Assembly: GCA_016214605.1 (NCBI GenBank)
Contig: JACROD010000014.1
Coordinates: forward strand, 41,074-105,073
Source: Candidatus Kaiserbacteria bacterium
GTDB lineage: Bacteria > Patescibacteriota > Minisyncoccia > Phycocordibacterales > UBA2100
DNA length: 64,000 nt
Direction of reading: 5' to 3'
Shown: piece by piece, positions 35,682 to 44,404 of the stretch
How the letters are laid out: the number at the start of each line of letters is the position of its first letter
Position numbering within the stretch: the stretch's first letter is position 1
Translations under genes and position numbers: made by a program
Notes under the pieces: model-generated
The model's input: the letters and a program-made list of their open reading frames with translations, nothing else
Told to the model about the DNA's origin: nothing
Databases searched by the model: none

Positions 35682-37859
35682 TTGCGCTGTGTGCGTGCAG
35701 GGCACATCATAAAGGGCATGTCCTACCTCTTTGGGTCCGGTTCACGTCGCGGTCTTTCTACACAGACGGGATCGACCATTCTCGCAGCACTTCTCTTGGT
35801 CGCTGTCGCAGGTATCTTTTCTATGGTGCTCCACTACGGCAGTTCTCTCAATGATCGTTTAGCATACCAAACCCAAGGACTGACCGCGGCAGCGGACTAC
35901 TCTTCGCCGATTGCCCCTGCTCCCGCGCCGCTCAACCTCAGTTCATCCCAAGCCTCCGATCAGCCTACCAAGACGGAGACGACCCCGCCAAAAAAATGCA
36001 AAGATAACAAAGTAGATAGTGGCCAAATTAAAGGAGGATCAACCGGCGCCAATAGGGGGGCGATCCAATTTACCGCAGAGTGTCTCCCCGGATGTAAATA
36101 TAAAGTTTCTGTCAGTGGCGACTCATCTTCCGCTGAGGGCGAGTACCAAGCCACAAATCCAGAAGACGTTTCGGACTCGTCCAAACCTTGTACAGTGTGC
36201 GACTCAAACGGGTGTTACAGCCAAAAGATCGGCGCCGACGGCAAACCAGTCCCCGGAAGCACCATGCAGTGCGATTCAAGCGGCAATAACTGCAAACCGG
36301 TCGATCAGTCGACAGTGGGCAAATCGACAGCGACGGATCCTGCCGCTGCGCAACAGGCTTTGCAGGCTGCCGCGAAAGAGGTCGCAGCTCAAGCAAGTCT
36401 CGGTACGACAGCAGGTACTGCACAGGCGCAGGCAACAGCAGACGATTTCCTCACTAAGAATCCGGGGTTGGCAAAGGATTTTGGTGCCGCACTGGAACAA
36501 CAGAAAGCAAATATCCCAATCAACAGCGAAGAATCTGCATATCCCACGATCGATAACATACAACAAAAGATCGCGAGCCTTGCCGGGCCAGATGCGGGCG
36601 GAAGTACGCCAGCACCGAGCGGAGATTTTAAGGGTCAGCTCGTACCCATTGGCGCTGCTGCGGATGTTTGCCAAGGCGATACGAACTGCCTTTCAATGTT
36701 TACGCCCCAAGCAGCTCCTGGTGGTACACCGGCTCCGGCTCCGGGTACAACTCCTGCTCCAGGAGGTAATCAGCCACCCTGTCCATATGGCTACTGGATA
36801 GCGAGTACTGACCCCATCGACGTTAGGTGTAATACACAACCGAACACGAGTTTTGGCGACGGGCCCGGCGGTGGTGGTATGACCAGTGGCGTTATGTCAT
36901 TCTTGGGCGGTATGATGCGTGGTATGGGCTACGGAGGGATGGGTGGATACGGAGGTTATGGTGGCTATGGTGGAATGGGTGGGTATGGTGCCGGAGGATA
37001 CGGCGTCCCGCCGGGCAATACGATCCCGCAGGGAGCCGGGGCATGCAATACCCAATACATGTGCCAAGGTCAAACGCTCTTGTATCGCAACAATCAATGC
37101 GTCGATCAACCGATGCAGCAGTGCCCCTACGGATGCAATGGTAATCAATGCGCCCAACAAAACGGCCAACAACAGCAGCAGGGACAGTACGGGTATGGCA
37201 CCAACAACCAGCCGTGTATGCAGCCGCCGATGCGGCCGGATGCATCTACCTGCACTACTGGCACATGGAAAGCCACCTCTGCCACCAACAACGGCTGTAC
37301 TACGGGCTGGCAGTGTGTAGCAGACGGTGGTAGTACCAACACTGCCTCGCCGATTGCATCACTCTCATGCCAATCACAGGTTGCTGATGTGGGCTCTACC
37401 TTTGCGATCTCATACAGTTGCCAGCGTGCGGTCACTTCGCTCGGCGGAGGTTTCGATACGCAAGGACAGCTCACTGGTGGTGCTACGGTCACTATCGGGG
37501 ATCCTCCGGCCGGTACCAATACCGCCACCTATACGCTCGGTTGTCGCAATAGCGCGGGGCTCACCGTCGGCGCGCAATGCAGTGTGCAGATCAATAAGCC
37601 CTTGATCGCTCTTACAGTTAATCCTTCTTCGGTAGCGGTTGGCGCCACATCAACCGTTGGTTGGGTCACGAGTGGCATGCAGTCATGTGTTGTCTCGAGT
37701 CCCGATAACGCCATCTTCACTGCCCAAAATGCAAGCAGCACCAACGTCAACGGTGTGGCGGTGACCCCACACTTGACCGCAACGACCCATATTCAGCTCA
37801 ATTGTAGGACCTTTGGAGGCGGAATTCGTGCGACATCGACGACGATCTCGGTGCAATAA
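35682..37859 (+). CDS. large secreted Cys-rich protein with Gly/Tyr-rich low-complexity region and two C-terminal Ig-like domains
   Basis: 725 aa; TM/signal anchor; GYGGMGGYGGYGGYGGMGGYG tract; C-terminal domains similar to the 28154..29698 C-terminus. Confidence 0.65.
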   Translation: MRCVRAGHIIKGMSYLFGSGSRRGLSTQTGSTILAALLLVAVAGIFSMVLHYGSSLNDRLAYQTQGLTAAADYSSPIAPAPAPLNLSSSQASDQPTKTETTPPKKCKDNKVDSGQIKGGSTGANRGAIQFTAECLPGCKYKVSVSGDSSSAEGEYQATNPEDVSDSSKPCTVCDSNGCYSQKIGADGKPVPGSTMQCDSSGNNCKPVDQSTVGKSTATDPAAAQQALQAAAKEVAAQASLGTTAGTAQAQATADDFLTKNPGLAKDFGAALEQQKANIPINSEESAYPTIDNIQQKIASLAGPDAGGSTPAPSGDFKGQLVPIGAAADVCQGDTNCLSMFTPQAAPGGTPAPAPGTTPAPGGNQPPCPYGYWIASTDPIDVRCNTQPNTSFGDGPGGGGMTSGVMSFLGGMMRGMGYGGMGGYGGYGGYGGMGGYGAGGYGVPPGNTIPQGAGACNTQYMCQGQTLLYRNNQCVDQPMQQCPYGCNGNQCAQQNGQQQQQGQYGYGTNNQPCMQPPMRPDASTCTTGTWKATSATNNGCTTGWQCVADGGSTNTASPIASLSCQSQVADVGSTFAISYSCQRAVTSLGGGFDTQGQLTGGATVTIGDPPAGTNTATYTLGCRNSAGLTVGAQCSVQINKPLIALTVNPSSVAVGATSTVGWVTSGMQSCVVSSPDNAIFTAQNASSTNVNGVAVTPHLTATTHIQLNCRTFGGGIRATSTTISVQ

Positions 37860-37870
37860 ATAATAGTTGT

Positions 37871-37935
37871 TAGCCAATAGGGATTAGCCACTAGAGCAAC
37901 ACCTGTTTTCCCTAATGGCTACACCCTAGTCGCTA
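37871..37935. promoter_or_regulatory. four copies of TAGCCAMTAGGG-like motif in palindromic arrangement between convergent genes
   Basis: tagccaataggg 37871-37882, tagccactagag 37885-37896, ccctaatggcta 37910-37921, ccctagtcgcta 37924-37935. Confidence 0.5.
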
Positions 37936-37945
37936 CTAGCTATTT

Positions 37946-38416
37946 TCAGAATCCGATGAATTCGAGGATGCGGTGTGACCACGGCTCAAGCATATGTTTT
38001 TCGGTCGTACGTTCTTGTAGATATGCACGCACAAGCGCGGGATCGATGTGCTCGATCGGGATGATGAGATTAGGTGCAAACCACTTTGTCGTATCGACGA
38101 GCAGTATTGGTCGTCCGCTTGTCTCATCTTCCACCCAGAAGGAGAGTATCTCGTTGTATCGATGGAATATGTGTCCGGTGCGAATGCCGCGATCCGATAT
38201 CTCAAAAGAGACACTTTGCGGAGGAATGCGGGAGAGGAGCAGTGTCGTGAGTGTCGCCAAGATCATGATGATAGCGAAAAGTATATTATGCAAAAGCACG
38301 CTGATCACCACGACCGAGAGGGTGACGATGCCGAGCGCCCAATACCAATCGGCGGCGCGCTCGATGTGTTCGTGTTCGTATGCGGTCCAGCGAAGTACGA
38401 CAGATGTGTCGGTCAT
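37946..38416 (-). CDS. membrane hypothetical protein
   Basis: 156 aa, two central TM helices. Confidence 0.5.
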   Translation of the reverse strand: MTDTSVVLRWTAYEHEHIERAADWYWALGIVTLSVVVISVLLHNILFAIIMILATLTTLLLSRIPPQSVSFEISDRGIRTGHIFHRYNEILSFWVEDETSGRPILLVDTTKWFAPNLIIPIEHIDPALVRAYLQERTTEKHMLEPWSHRILEFIGF

Positions 38417-38481
38417 AAGTACATATATTGTAACATCGTAATTGCGAGTCTACGCAATAAACCGTGTGGTATAGTGGATGA

Positions 38482-38967
38482 ATGGGTGAGCGATATAAAA
38501 GAACGCCAAACACAAGCTGTCTCGTGTGTCAGGCGCCGATTTATCGGCGCCCCATTGAGCTTCGCAGAAAACAGAGAGTATTTTGCGGTTCGCGCTGCTA
38601 CGGACTTGCCTCAAGGAAGGAGACGCCGTGTGTTGTTTGTGGTGTTTTGATCCTCGCTCATAAGCGCGCCAAGACTTGCAGTAGAGTCTGCGCCAATACT
38701 CATAGGGCAGGTATTAAATATAAACTAAGTTTACCGAGAAAAGATAAAGTAAAAGACCAGAGAGCCTTGAAATTACGACTCATGGATCAGCGCGGGACAA
38801 AATGTGAGCGATGTGGTTACTCAAAGAAAGAGATCCTGCACGTGCATCATCGAGACCGAAACAGAAACAACAATGACCTGAGCAATCTTGCACTTATCTG
38901 CCCAAACTGCCATTATGAAGAGCATTATTTAGAAAATAGCTGGCTTAGTGGTAAGGTGGGGTTCTAG
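38482..38967 (+). CDS. HNH endonuclease with Zn-ribbon motifs
   Basis: HVHHRDRNRNNNDLSNLALICPNCH HNH motif; several CxxC pairs; stop 2 nt before tRNA-Ser. Confidence 0.7.
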   Translation: MGERYKRTPNTSCLVCQAPIYRRPIELRRKQRVFCGSRCYGLASRKETPCVVCGVLILAHKRAKTCSRVCANTHRAGIKYKLSLPRKDKVKDQRALKLRLMDQRGTKCERCGYSKKEILHVHHRDRNRNNNDLSNLALICPNCHYEEHYLENSWLSGKVGF

Positions 38968-38969
38968 AA

Positions 38970-39054
38970 GGAGGGGTCGGATAGTGGTTCATTCCAGCGC
39001 ACTTGAAATGCGCCATACCGCAAGGTATCGTGGGTTCGAATCCCACCCCCTCCG
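38970..39054 (+). tRNA. tRNA-Ser (anticodon TGA)
   Basis: 85 nt; anticodon arm gcgca-cttgaaa-tgcgc; long variable arm atacc-gca-ggtat; T-loop ttcgaat. Confidence 0.85.
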
Positions 39055-39073
39055 CAGAAAGGATTAGGAAGGT

Positions 39074-39553
39074 CTATTTTACTCGCGTGAGCCAAGTCCC
39101 GCAGATCAAAAGCAGTGTGGTGCAGAGGGCCGACAGTGCGCAGTACAGACAGATCGCGCCGATCAAGAATGCTTGGATCGACATAAACATGACCGACATG
39201 AGAAAGCCGACCAGTGTGAGCGCAAAGAGTGCGAGGATTTGTGTGCGCGAGACCGCGGCTTCAGTGTAGAGGTAGAGTGCGAAGAACATCACGACGAGAT
39301 AATACAGGACGCCAAAAAAAGCGAGCGGTATCGGCCCCACCATCGCATAGGGAGACGTGAGCACTGCTTCACAGCCATGGGTGATCGAGCAGGGGAGCGG
39401 GAGCTTGAAGTAGTGATCGGCGAGAAGGTACGCAGAATCGACGAAGCCGACGAAGCTCACGCCGGTGATCGCCGTGAGCAGCCTCAGGAGCGTTTTATTG
39501 CGCGCTGGTGCTTGAGGCGAGAGCGGCGTCGATGAGGGATTTGAATTCGTCAT
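39074..39553 (-). CDS. vitamin K epoxide reductase (VKOR)-family membrane protein
   Basis: CxxC in TM helix (ICLYCALSAL) and loop Cys pair (CSITHGC); 5' 58 nt overlap the dsbA-like gene, so the true start may be the internal GTG. Confidence 0.65.
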   Translation of the reverse strand: MTNSNPSSTPLSPQAPARNKTLLRLLTAITGVSFVGFVDSAYLLADHYFKLPLPCSITHGCEAVLTSPYAMVGPIPLAFFGVLYYLVVMFFALYLYTEAAVSRTQILALFALTLVGFLMSVMFMSIQAFLIGAICLYCALSALCTTLLLICGTWLTRVK

Positions 39554-40196
39554 ATCCTTTGGGGTTTTGGATCTGTGTGAGGTTGATAAAGAATGTCGGC
39601 GTGTGATCGACCTGTGCGGCGTTGGCCCCGGTCACGTCTTTTTGGATCTTGGCCTTTACAGTGTCCGACTTGAGGTCCGCATCGAATTTCTTTACATCCA
39701 AGCCGAGCGATGCTGCGTATTTGTCGAAGTACTCGGCGACCACCGAGCCGGTGGATACCTCGCTCCATTCGGCTTGTTTCTGGTACAAGAGATCGTGCAT
39801 CTCCCAATACTTGCTCTGCATCCCGGCAGCTTCTGCGGCCATAGATGCGGTCTCGGCATTTTTGTGTACTTGATAGAGGGGAAAGTTGCGGAAAACGAAC
39901 TGTACCCTACCGGCGTATTCGCTTTCGAGTCTCTCGACGATTGGCTCATACGCGCCGCATGCGGGGCACTGGAAGTCGCCGTACTCGATCACTGAGACGG
40001 TGGCTCCGAGGGGGCCTTTGGTATGATCGTCGGCGGTGATCGCAGAGGTCTGCGTGCCGGTAAATGGCCTGGCTTGCTGGGCGCTTTTGCCCGATGAGGC
40101 GACGCCTGCAAAGATCATAAGGGCGACAATAATAACCACAAAACCCGCACCGATAAATAATTCCTTGCGTCGAGAAGTGTCCATGGGGACCATCAT
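39495..40196 (-). CDS. DsbA-like thioredoxin-fold thiol:disulfide oxidoreductase
   Basis: TM anchor + CPAC active site (EYGDFQCPACGAY). Confidence 0.75.
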   Translation of the reverse strand: MMVPMDTSRRKELFIGAGFVVIIVALMIFAGVASSGKSAQQARPFTGTQTSAITADDHTKGPLGATVSVIEYGDFQCPACGAYEPIVERLESEYAGRVQFVFRNFPLYQVHKNAETASMAAEAAGMQSKYWEMHDLLYQKQAEWSEVSTGSVVAEYFDKYAASLGLDVKKFDADLKSDTVKAKIQKDVTGANAAQVDHTPTFFINLTQIQNPKGYDEFKSLIDAALASSTSAQ

Positions 40197-40214
40197 ACTG
40201 CCGACAGTAGGGAT

Positions 40215-40288
40215 TTGACAAATATTTTGCTTGTGATATTACTTCGATAGTCACGCGGTTTGACAGAAACAGATCTCGATATATTATG
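40215..40288 (+). promoter_or_regulatory. tandem sigma70-like promoters upstream of TA operon
   Basis: TTGACA(40215-40220)-16 nt-tgaTATTAC; and TTGACA(40260-40265)-16 nt-TATTAT(40282-40287), 6 nt before the ATG (leaderless). Confidence 0.4.
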
Positions 40289-40293
40289 GTGTT

Positions 40294-40518
40294 ATGAATA
40301 CGGTCACCCTACCGAAATATGAATATGAGACGCTTGCGTTTCAGGCAAAGGCATATCGCGCCATCGCGAGTGTCATAGCGGGGGCACAGGCGGAGCGGCC
40401 TATTGCGGAAGTGGTGGCGCGCTTCGCCAAGACAAAGAAATACTCAAAAGCCTTCTTGGCTGATCTGGAGGATGGGCTCGCTGATTTGCGAAAATCAAAA
40501 GCATGGAAATCAAAATAG
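40294..40518 (+). CDS. putative type II antitoxin
   Basis: 74 aa; 16-nt overlap with downstream toxin-like ORF. Confidence 0.4.
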   Translation: MNTVTLPKYEYETLAFQAKAYRAIASVIAGAQAERPIAEVVARFAKTKKYSKAFLADLEDGLADLRKSKAWKSK

Positions 40519-40748
40519 TCACGCCGAAAGTGTCGGCTTATATCCGCACTCACGAACTCGGAGACAAATGGGAAAAAGCGCGCGTCCTCTTTGAGGGGGA
40601 TATCCGTCATCCGTCTTTGCATACGGAGCTCATGGAGCCGAAAGACGAGATGATCTATTCATTTCGTGTAGACAAAAAGTACCGGGCGCTTTTTGTGATA
40701 AAAGATACCATTGCGCTTGTTTTCAGGATCACCAATCATTACCGGTAA
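40503..40748 (+). CDS. RelE/ParE/YoeB-superfamily toxin
   Basis: 81 aa; C-terminal …YRALFVIKDTIALVFRITNHY resembles YoeB/RelE C-terminus. Confidence 0.5.
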   Translation: MEIKIVTPKVSAYIRTHELGDKWEKARVLFEGDIRHPSLHTELMEPKDEMIYSFRVDKKYRALFVIKDTIALVFRITNHYR

Positions 40749-40768
40749 ATGTATCTCTGAGTTAGGGT

Positions 40769-41350
40769 ATGTCAGATTTATCGGAAAAAACAGATGAAGA
40801 GATCGCTTTGCGCGTGCAGGCGGGGGAAGAGGACGTTTATGGCGACCTCATCAGCCGCTATGAGGCCAAGCTCATGCGCTATGCGCGCAAATTCCTTTCC
40901 GACAAGGAGGATGCGACCGATATTGTACAGGATATTTTCATTAAGGCGTACGAAAATATCCAAAGCTTCGATGCGACGCGGCGGTTTTCCCCGTGGATCT
41001 ATCGCATCGCACACAACGAATTCGTGAACGCCCTGAAAAAGAAAGCGACGCGCCGCATCGTCTTTACGATCGACATGGACACGCTCTTTCCGCACCTTGC
41101 CTCGACCGAGACGGCCGACAGTGCGGCCCTGGAGCGGGACATGCGCGAGACTCTGGAAAAACACCTCAAACAGGTCTCAGTGAAATATAGGGAGCCGCTG
41201 GTCTTGTATTACCTAGAGAGCTTGGATTATAAGGAAATATCCGAGATCCTCCAGATCCCTGTCTCGACCGTCGGCGTGCGTCTGGCTCGCGGGCGGGCAA
41301 GTCTGCAAAAGATCGCGGCAGCACAGCCGGACAAACCACTCTATGAATAA
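40769..41350 (+). CDS. ECF-family RNA polymerase sigma factor
   Basis: sigma70 region 2 (…DIVQDIFIKAYENI…WIYRIAHNEFV…) and region 4 HTH (…YKEISEILQIPVSTVGVRLARGR…). Confidence 0.85.
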   Translation: MSDLSEKTDEEIALRVQAGEEDVYGDLISRYEAKLMRYARKFLSDKEDATDIVQDIFIKAYENIQSFDATRRFSPWIYRIAHNEFVNALKKKATRRIVFTIDMDTLFPHLASTETADSAALERDMRETLEKHLKQVSVKYREPLVLYYLESLDYKEISEILQIPVSTVGVRLARGRASLQKIAAAQPDKPLYE

Positions 41351-42305
41351 TACCCACACGCCACACACCCCAGATCCGGTACGCGATCGTGTCATGAGTA
41401 CGATCAAAATGGGCGAAGCCCGAATGAGGCCGCGCTGGCATTTTGTCCTGATATCGTCGATTTTTGCCGTTGTGGCATTTATACTCGTTCTCCTTCTTGT
41501 ATTTGCCATAAGTCTGTCGATATTTCTTCTGCGCGAAAGCGGGGTATGGTTTGCGACGAGTTTTGGCGTGCGTGGATGGTTTGCTCTGGTGAGCTCGATC
41601 CCTATATTCTATATCGTATTTGTCCTCTTTTTCATAGTGCTCCTCGAACTCGTGATACGCAGATACCCCCTGGTATATCGTTGGCCGCTCGCGGGATCGT
41701 TTCTTTTCGTTGCGGGTTTCATCGTACTCGGCGGCGCACTGCTCGCGCAAACCCCCTTACATCAGAGTCTTGCTTCGTATGCGCGGACGCATACATTGCC
41801 AGCTCCGCTTGATCTTCCGTATGGCCCGTCGGCACGCATCGCACTTCCTGCCTCTCTGTACGAGGGAGTCGTCGTCTCGAATAAAGATGGTGTGCTGGTG
41901 ATAGAACGCCAAGATGATGGCTTGACTAACAGCAGTGCGGCCGATCGTGCGACAGGCACCGCGATGGTCGCGACCTCGACACGGAAGTCTGCGGCGGATA
42001 ATTATGTAGATAAAGGTACGTCAGATACTGGTACGACGGTTCGCGCGGCACTTGACACCGTGATCCCTCAAAAGAAAGAAAGTGACACCGATCAAATGGA
42101 TAAGAAGCAGGGCGAAGATAAGCGGGAAGACGCACACGGAGAAGATCAGGGTCGCGGCAAGAAGCAGACGAGGGTCGTGGTTGATCCGCGAACGCGTTTG
42201 CCACAAGGAAAAAGCTTTAAAATCGGAACGAGGATTTTGGTCGAGGGGGATCGGGTTGGCACGGATACTGTAAAAGCTTTCGGTGTGCGCGACATCGATG
42301 ACTGA
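41343..42305 (+). CDS. anti-sigma-factor-like membrane protein
   Basis: ATGA overlap with the sigma gene; cytoplasmic N-region then four TM helices and an acidic C-terminal domain. Confidence 0.45.
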   Translation: MNNTHTPHTPDPVRDRVMSTIKMGEARMRPRWHFVLISSIFAVVAFILVLLLVFAISLSIFLLRESGVWFATSFGVRGWFALVSSIPIFYIVFVLFFIVLLELVIRRYPLVYRWPLAGSFLFVAGFIVLGGALLAQTPLHQSLASYARTHTLPAPLDLPYGPSARIALPASLYEGVVVSNKDGVLVIERQDDGLTNSSAADRATGTAMVATSTRKSAADNYVDKGTSDTGTTVRAALDTVIPQKKESDTDQMDKKQGEDKREDAHGEDQGRGKKQTRVVVDPRTRLPQGKSFKIGTRILVEGDRVGTDTVKAFGVRDIDD

Positions 42306-42366
42306 TCCGGAATGCCTGCGTACAGGTGCAAGTGAAATATATCCGAGCGAGAAGTGTATAATAGTA

Positions 42367-42410
42367 TGACAAACTCGCTTCCGACCCCGAAGCGAGTTTG
42401 TCATTTTTAG
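42367..42410 (+). terminator. rho-independent terminator
   Basis: perfect 15-bp stem tgacaaactcgcttc / gaagcgagtttgtca, loop cgacccc, then TTTTT. Confidence 0.65.
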
Positions 42411-42425
42411 TTTATACTTTCTCTC

Positions 42426-42839
42426 ATGAAGTATCTCGGGATTGATTATGGCGCGCGCAATATCGGTATTGCCATTTCCGACGCGGAGGGAATGCTCGCA
42501 TTTCCGCACCGCATCGTCCCCAACGATAAGAAGGCGCTCGCATACATCGTCGACCTCATAACAAAAGAGCAGATCGGGCGGATCATTATGGGTAACACGC
42601 GCGCCGACAATGGCGCCACTAATACGGTAACACCCGAGGCGGAACGGTTTGCGGATACGCTCTCGCGCAAGACCGACCTGCCGGTCGATCTTGCATCGGA
42701 AAGCTGGAGCTCGTACGAAGCAGCGCGTTATGCGCCGGGGGATACTCATGATGACTCTGTAGCAGCAGCGGTCATTCTGCAGCGGTTTATCGATATGAAT
42801 GCGCAAGATACCGAAATATCTCTGGATGAGTTAGAATAA
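42426..42839 (+). CDS. ruvX: RuvX/YqgF Holliday-junction-resolvase-like pre-16S rRNA nuclease
   Basis: MKYLGIDYGARNIGIAISD… RNase H-like YqgF pattern. Confidence 0.85.
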   Translation: MKYLGIDYGARNIGIAISDAEGMLAFPHRIVPNDKKALAYIVDLITKEQIGRIIMGNTRADNGATNTVTPEAERFADTLSRKTDLPVDLASESWSSYEAARYAPGDTHDDSVAAAVILQRFIDMNAQDTEISLDELE

Positions 42840-42844
42840 CGGCC

Positions 42845-43216
42845 ATGGAAGACATTACCTCGTCACAAGAACATAATCATGCGACTAACGCGATGATCTC
42901 ATACGAAGATTTTGCGAAACTCGATATCAGGATCGGTACGATCAAGGCTGTCGAGCGCGTGCCCGACACCGACAAACTGCTCAAGTGCACGATCGATTTT
43001 GGCGAGCTGGGGGAGCGGACGATCGTCTCGGGTATTGCAGAGTGGAAGACGCCTGAAGATATGGTCGGAAAACAGTGTCCGTATATCGTGAATCTCGCCC
43101 CGCGCATACTGCGCGGAGTAGAGAGTAGCGGCATGCTGCTCGCTCTTTCCGATGACGCGGGAATCGCTTTCTTGCATCCAGAGCGAGAGGTTTCTCCGGG
43201 GACACCGTTGAGCTGA
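42845..43216 (+). CDS. tRNA-binding protein (CsaA/Trbp111/EMAP-like OB fold)
   Basis: LDIRIGTIKAVERVPDTDKLLKCTIDFG…IVSGIAEW…GMLLA pattern. Confidence 0.7.
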   Translation: MEDITSSQEHNHATNAMISYEDFAKLDIRIGTIKAVERVPDTDKLLKCTIDFGELGERTIVSGIAEWKTPEDMVGKQCPYIVNLAPRILRGVESSGMLLALSDDAGIAFLHPEREVSPGTPLS

Positions 43217-43271
43217 TATATACACATAAAGGGGCCCGTCCGCATCTTCTTACGGGGTATACTGATAGAGT

Positions 43272-44399
43272 ATGAAGCTCTCCGATACGGCGGTGCCGCC
43301 AAAAAAGAAACATCCATTCGCTTCGATGATCGAGCGCGCCTTTCCACCGCCGGCCTCGCTTGACATGCAAGCGGTCGGGGTCGATATCTCGGACGCATCT
43401 ATACGTTGGGTTGTCCTTGAAGGAGAGCGTAGACATGCACGCGTAAGGCATTTTGGCGAACTTCCTCTCGATCCCGGGATCGTCGAGCAGGGGATGGTGC
43501 GCGATGTGCCTGCTTTGGCAAAGATCTTGCGAGAAATAAAAGGCCGACTCGGAGGTGTCGCGGCCGCGCATGCGGCACTTCCCGAGGAGAATGCCTATGT
43601 CTTTAGTATGCATGTGCCCGAAAAGCAGTCACGCGAAGAGGTGTTGCGGATGATCGAGTTTGAGTTTGCCGATCGTGTGCCAATCCTGCCCGCGTCCGCC
43701 GTTTATGATTTTGATGTGGTTACGGAACATGATGGTGACGAAGGGAGCGAGATTGCGATCTCGGTCTTTCCAAAAGAGGCTGCTGAAAAGTACGTTGCGG
43801 CCTTTTCCCAAGCGGGATTCGTGCTGCTTTCTCTTGAAGTCGAGGCGTGTTCGATCGCACGAGTGATCACGACGGATACTAAAGACGATTTCGTGACGTT
43901 GCTCGTGGACTTTGGGCGTACACGTACGGGTTTTGCGGTATTAAAACATGGGGTTCCCATATTTACGTCTACGGTAGAGATCGGAGGAGAAGGGGCGACT
44001 CAGGCGCTTGCAAAAGAACTCGGACTTTCTGCACAAGAGTTGGAGAAGTTTAAAGACGAAGAGGGTTTGCGCGCTAAGCCCGGTAGTCTCGGTCTTCAGG
44101 CCCTCTCGGGGACAGCCTCTGCTTTTGCCGATGAGGTCGCAAGACACTATCATTATTGGGATACTCGCCGCGACAAACAGACCGACCGCGCTACTCACGT
44201 GAGCCGTGTCGTCTTGGTGGGTGGCGGCGCCAATCTAAAAGGTCTCACTGACTACATTGCACGTCGTGTCCATGCGCGGACCGACCGCGGTGAGATATGG
44301 GGTAATGTGTGTCAATTCGAAGAATACATCCCGCCGATCGACTATCGCACCGCCCTGCAGTATGCGACTGCCGTCGGGCTTGCTCTTCGCGCCATTTGA
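43272..44399 (+). CDS. pilM: type IV pilus assembly protein PilM (actin-like ATPase)
   Basis: 375 aa; PilM/FtsA-like fold signatures (GVDISDASIRW…, …VVLVGGGANLKGL…). Confidence 0.7.
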   Translation: MKLSDTAVPPKKKHPFASMIERAFPPPASLDMQAVGVDISDASIRWVVLEGERRHARVRHFGELPLDPGIVEQGMVRDVPALAKILREIKGRLGGVAAAHAALPEENAYVFSMHVPEKQSREEVLRMIEFEFADRVPILPASAVYDFDVVTEHDGDEGSEIAISVFPKEAAEKYVAAFSQAGFVLLSLEVEACSIARVITTDTKDDFVTLLVDFGRTRTGFAVLKHGVPIFTSTVEIGGEGATQALAKELGLSAQELEKFKDEEGLRAKPGSLGLQALSGTASAFADEVARHYHYWDTRRDKQTDRATHVSRVVLVGGGANLKGLTDYIARRVHARTDRGEIWGNVCQFEEYIPPIDYRTALQYATAVGLALRAI

Positions 44400-44404
44400 T
44401 TATT

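Noticed and set aside
39003-39269. 88-aa ORF
   Set aside because: It starts inside tRNA-Ser (38970-39054) and runs antisense to the VKOR-family gene.
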